DNA of 38,395 nt from Thermoplasmata archaeon (lineage in GTDB: Archaea > Thermoplasmatota > Thermoplasmata > Lutacidiplasmatales > UBA184): positions 1-38,395 of the forward strand of contig JASHQF010000020.1 in the NCBI GenBank assembly GCA_030037695.1, in the 5' to 3' direction. The translations under genes were made by a program, and so were the position numbers. Below the pieces are notes generated by a model that was not told the origin of the DNA, did no database searches, and saw nothing but the letters and a program-made list of their open reading frames with translations. Positions 34,725 to 38,395 of this stretch are shown piece by piece (positions within the stretch are counted from its first letter, which is position 1; every line of letters begins with the position of its first letter).

Positions 34725-37321
34725 CGCCCCTTCCCGGCGGGGGTCCGGGCGACGACGATCTCCCCGTCCTTCGCGTCGACGGCGACCGTGCTGCCGTCGG
34801 GCAGCTCCCCCGCGAGCAGCTTCGAGGTGAGCGGGTCGACGACGAGGCGCTGGATCGTGCGCTTGAGCGGTCGCGCCCCGAAATCCGGGTCGAAGCCGCG
34901 GCTCCCGAGGAGGGCGCGCGCCGGGTCAGTCACGCGCAGGGTGATCCGGCGGTCGGCGAGCCGGGCCTGGACCTGGGCGAGCTGGAGGTCGACGATCTCG
35001 GCGATCTCCTTTTCCGAGAGGGTGTGGAACAGCACGATCTCGTCGACCCGGTTGAGGAACTCGGGGCGGAAATGCGCGCGGAGCGCGGCCTCGACCTTGC
35101 GACGGCGCTCCTCCTCCCCGCTGCGGGTCCCGAGCGCCTCCGTGCCGAGGTTCGAGGTCAGGATGACGAGCGTGTTCCGGAAGTCGACGGTCCGTCCCTG
35201 GCCGTCGGTGAGCCGCCCGTCGTCCATCAGCTGGAGGAGCACGTTGACGACGTCGGGGTGGGCCTTCTCGACCTCGTCGAAGAGGACGACGGTGTACGGG
35301 TGGGTCCGCACCGCCTCCGTGAGCTGCCCGCCCGCCTCGTAGCCGACGTAGCCGGGGGGCGCCCCGACCAGACGGGCGACCGACGCCTTCTCCATGTACT
35401 CGCTCATGTCGATCCGGACGAACGCCCGATCCGAGTGGAACAGGAGCGCTGCGAGAGCCTTCGCGAGCTCCGTCTTCCCGACGCCGGTCGGCCCCACGAA
35501 CAGGAAGACGCCGACCGGTCGGTTCGGGTCGGCGAGGCCGGAGCGGGATCGGCGGACGGCGGCCGCCACCGCCGCGACCGCCTCCTTCTGGCCGACGACC
35601 CGCCGGGCGAGGTCGGATTCCAGGCGGAGGAGCCGGTCCCGCTCCCCCTCCAGGAGCCGGGTGACCGGCACACCGCTCCATTTCGCGATCACCCGCGCGA
35701 CGTCCTCTTCCCCGACCTCCTCCCGGAGCATCGCGGCGACCCCGGCACGCCCCGGGGAGCGGGCGGGGGCGGCCAGCTTCTTCTCGAGCTCGGGGATCGT
35801 GCCGAACCGCAGCCGGGCGGCCCGCTCGAGGTCCCCGGCCCGCTCCGCGCCCTCCTCCTCCGCCCGGGCGCGGTCGAGCTCGGCCCGGGCGGTCCGTACC
35901 CGCTCGACCTCCTCCTTCTCCTTGCGCCACCGGGCCTCGAGCTCGACGTTCCGCTCCCGGAGGGTCGCGAGCTCCTTCTCGAGCGCCTTCAGGCGGTCCC
36001 GGCTCGCGGCATCGCTCTCCTTGGCGAGGGCCGTCCGCTCGATCTCGAGCTGGCGGATCCTCCGGGTGAGCTGATCGAGCTCGACCGGCCGCGAATCGAG
36101 CGCGAGGCGCACCCCGCTCGCGGCCTCGTCGATCGCGTCGATCGCCTTGTCCGGGAGGTGACGGTCGGGGAGGTAGCGCGCCGAGAGGGTCGCCGCCGCC
36201 ACGATCGCCGCGTCGGCGATCCGCACGCCGTGGTGGAGCTCGTACCGCTCCTTGAGACCCCGAAGGATCGAGATCGTGTCCTCGACCGTCGGCTCCTCGA
36301 CCGGCACGGGCTGGAACCGGCGTTCGAGCGCCGCGTCCTTCTCGATGTAGCGGCGGTACTCCTGCGTCGTCGTCGCGCCGATGCAGTGCAGGGTCCCCCG
36401 GGCGAGGGCCGGCTTGAGGAGATTGGAGGCGTCGAGCGCTCCCCCCTCCGTCGCCCCCGCATGGACGAGGGTGTGGAGCTCGTCGACGAACAGGACGACC
36501 TTGCCCTCCGAGCGCTCGACCTCCTGGAGGACCGCCTTCATCCGCTCCTCGAACTCCCCGCGGAACTTCGCGCCGGCGAGGAGCGCGCCCAGATCGAGGG
36601 CGACGAGCCGTTTATCCCGCAGCGCCTCGGGGACGTCGCGGGCGGCGATGCGCAGGGCGAGCCCCTCGACGATCGCCGTCTTCCCGACGCCCGGCTCGCC
36701 GATCAGCACCGGATTGTTCTTGGTCCGGCGCGAGAGGATCTGGACGACCCGACGGATCTCCTCGTCCCGGCCGATCACCGGGTCGATCTTCCGATCCCGG
36801 GCGAGGGCCGTGAGGTCGCGGCCGTACTTCTCGAGGGCCCGGTACTGCGACTCCTCCTGACGGCTCTCGACCGGTCGGTCGCCACCGCGGACCGCCGCCA
36901 GCGCGGCCTCGACCGCCGGCCGACGTACGCCCGCCTCGTCGAGCACCTCCCGGGCGGGCGAGGGGACCGCGAGGAGCCCCTGGAGCAGCTGATCGACGCT
37001 CGTGTACCGGTCCTTCCGCTTCATCGCTTCCGCCTCGGCGGCGTCGAGGACCTGGGAGAGCGACCGGGAGAGGTACTGGTCCGACGCGGCGACCCGGTCG
37101 GAGGTCGGCAGCGAGGCGAGGCGCTGCTCGAGCCGCCGCCCGATCGCCGCCGGGTCGGCCCCGAGGCCCGCCAATAGGCTGGTCACGGTGCCGTCCGGCG
37201 ACGCGAGGAGCGCCGCGAGGAGATGCTCGGGCTCCACGGAAGCATGGCGGAGCTCGGCGGCGCGCTGGAACGCGGCCTCGAGGGCGGACCGGCTCGCGTC
37301 GGTCAGTCGATCGAGGTGCAT
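34721..37321 (-). CDS. clpB: ClpB/Hsp100 disaggregase
   Basis: Clp N domain. NBD1 [25 protein letters not shown]. Coiled-coil M domain ([11 protein letters not shown]). NBD2 [29 protein letters not shown]. No IGF ClpP-docking loop seen. Confidence 0.95.
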   Translation of the reverse strand: MHLDRLTDASRSALEAAFQRAAELRHASVEPEHLLAALLASPDGTVTSLLAGLGADPAAIGRRLEQRLASLPTSDRVAASDQYLSRSLSQVLDAAEAEAMKRKDRYTSVDQLLQGLLAVPSPAREVLDEAGVRRPAVEAALAAVRGGDRPVESRQEESQYRALEKYGRDLTALARDRKIDPVIGRDEEIRRVVQILSRRTKNNPVLIGEPGVGKTAIVEGLALRIAARDVPEALRDKRLVALDLGALLAGAKFRGEFEERMKAVLQEVERSEGKVVLFVDELHTLVHAGATEGGALDASNLLKPALARGTLHCIGATTTQEYRRYIEKDAALERRFQPVPVEEPTVEDTISILRGLKERYELHHGVRIADAAIVAAATLSARYLPDRHLPDKAIDAIDEAASGVRLALDSRPVELDQLTRRIRQLEIERTALAKESDAASRDRLKALEKELATLRERNVELEARWRKEKEEVERVRTARAELDRARAEEEGAERAGDLERAARLRFGTIPELEKKLAAPARSPGRAGVAAMLREEVGEEDVARVIAKWSGVPVTRLLEGERDRLLRLESDLARRVVGQKEAVAAVAAAVRRSRSGLADPNRPVGVFLFVGPTGVGKTELAKALAALLFHSDRAFVRIDMSEYMEKASVARLVGAPPGYVGYEAGGQLTEAVRTHPYTVVLFDEVEKAHPDVVNVLLQLMDDGRLTDGQGRTVDFRNTLVILTSNLGTEALGTRSGEEERRRKVEAALRAHFRPEFLNRVDEIVLFHTLSEKEIAEIVDLQLAQVQARLADRRITLRVTDPARALLGSRGFDPDFGARPLKRTIQRLVVDPLTSKLLAGELPDGSTVAVDAKDGEIVVARTPAGKGR

Positions 37322-37347
37322 CGCTGCCGCATCATCCGGGCGAGCCG

Positions 37348-37354
37348 CTTTAAG
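37348..37354. promoter_or_regulatory. shared bidirectional TATA box for clpB and pyrD
   Basis: CTTTAAG near the centre of a 56-bp intergenic gap, about 23-26 nt from both start codons. Confidence 0.55.
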
Positions 37355-37377
37355 TCGCGCCCCCGTGCACGGCCGCC

Positions 37378-38337
37378 GTGGCCGACCTCGGCGTCCGGTG
37401 CGCGGGGCTCGAGCTGAGGAACCCGTTCCTGCTCGCCTCGGGGATCTGGGGCGAGACGGGGGCCTCGCTCGCCGGGGCGTGGCGCGCGGGCGCGGGCGGC
37501 GTGATCACGAAATCGATCGGCGCCGGGCCTCGACCCGGGTACCCGAACCCGACCGTCGAGACGTACGAACGCTGGGGGATGCTCAACGCGATGGGCCTCC
37601 CGAACCCCGGGATGGAGGGGTACCGCGCGGAGATCGCCGCCGCGCTCGCCTCCGGCGCCACCGTGATCGGCTCGGTGTTCGCCGGCGATGCGGACGGCTT
37701 CGCCGACCTGGCCCGCCGGATGGGCGCCGCCGGGGTCCATGCCCTCGAGCTGAACCTGAGCTGTCCCCACGCCGAGGGGTTCGGGACGGAGGTGGGCAGC
37801 GACCCCGCCGACGTCGAGGCGATCGTCCGAGCGGTCCGGGCCGCGACCGACCTCCCGGTGATCGCGAAGATCACCCCTAACTCCGCCGACCCGGCCGCCC
37901 TCGCCGCCGCCGCGGAGCGGGGCGGCGCGGCGGCCGTGAGCGCGATCAACACGTTGCGCGGGCTCGCGATCGACGTGCGGCTCCGCCGACCGATCCTCGC
38001 GCACGGCCTGGGCGGGTTGAGCGGGGCGGCGATCAAGCCGGTCGGGCTCGCCTGCGTCTGGCAGATCGCCGAACGGGTCTCGGTCCCGGTGATCGGGGTC
38101 GGGGGGATCCGCTCCGCCGAGGACGCCCTCGAGTACGTGATGGCCGGGGCGACCGCGGTGGAGGTCGGGACGGCGGTCGCGTTCGAGGGGATCGACGTCT
38201 TCGGGCGCCTCGCTTCGGGGCTCTCGCGACTCTTGGACGACCTCGGGATTCCCTCCGCGCGGGCGGCGATCGGCTCCGCGCGGAGCTCCGCCGTTCCGAC
38301 CGAGACCCGGCGGAACGCACCGCCTGGCTCCCCCTAG
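37378..38337 (+). CDS. pyrD: dihydroorotate dehydrogenase, family 1 (1B-like catalytic subunit)
   Basis: LRNPFLLASG, TKS, GMLNAMGLPNPG, ELNLSCPH (catalytic Cys), KITPN, INT, GGLSG, IGVGGI. Confidence 0.95.
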   Translation: MADLGVRCAGLELRNPFLLASGIWGETGASLAGAWRAGAGGVITKSIGAGPRPGYPNPTVETYERWGMLNAMGLPNPGMEGYRAEIAAALASGATVIGSVFAGDADGFADLARRMGAAGVHALELNLSCPHAEGFGTEVGSDPADVEAIVRAVRAATDLPVIAKITPNSADPAALAAAAERGGAAAVSAINTLRGLAIDVRLRRPILAHGLGGLSGAAIKPVGLACVWQIAERVSVPVIGVGGIRSAEDALEYVMAGATAVEVGTAVAFEGIDVFGRLASGLSRLLDDLGIPSARAAIGSARSSAVPTETRRNAPPGSP

Positions 38338-38395
38338 TACCGCGATCGGTCCGTGCGGTCCCGGAACGCCCGCCGGCGGCTCGGGCGCGCCGACG

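Noticed and set aside
38334-38395. Possible 3' end of a minus-strand gene at the right edge
   Set aside because: Only about 19 codons visible, with no identifiable motif.

Overview
GC-rich archaeal DNA, most likely from a Thermoplasmata-related lineage. The assignment rests on uL16/L10e, PAN, pantoate kinase, an aSelBL-type factor and a Thermoplasma-like initiator tRNA. The window has three zones. (1) 1 to ~7 kb is a lower-GC accessory island. It holds an AbiE-like toxin-antitoxin pair whose toxin 5' end is missed by the ORF track, a zinc-ribbon protein fused to a highly diverged TBP-like fold, a RIO kinase, a cupin, a GHKL ATPase plus STAS-like pair whose ATPase appears to start at ACG, and a membrane-anchored YVTN beta-propeller. 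(2) ~7 to 26 kb holds four class III adenylate cyclases (three cyclase-TolB-like-TPR, one LipJ-like hydrolase-cyclase) interleaved with efflux, detoxification and redox genes. (3) 26 to 38 kb is core-like. It holds an initiator tRNA-Met with a 26-nt non-canonical D-loop intron, a translationally coupled sulfurtransferase / sulfite oxidase-family / rhodanese-persulfide dioxygenase operon, USP, uL16, PoK, PAN, aSelBL coupled to a bacterial-type ClpB, and pyrD. All calls come from motifs read by eye; no searches were run.
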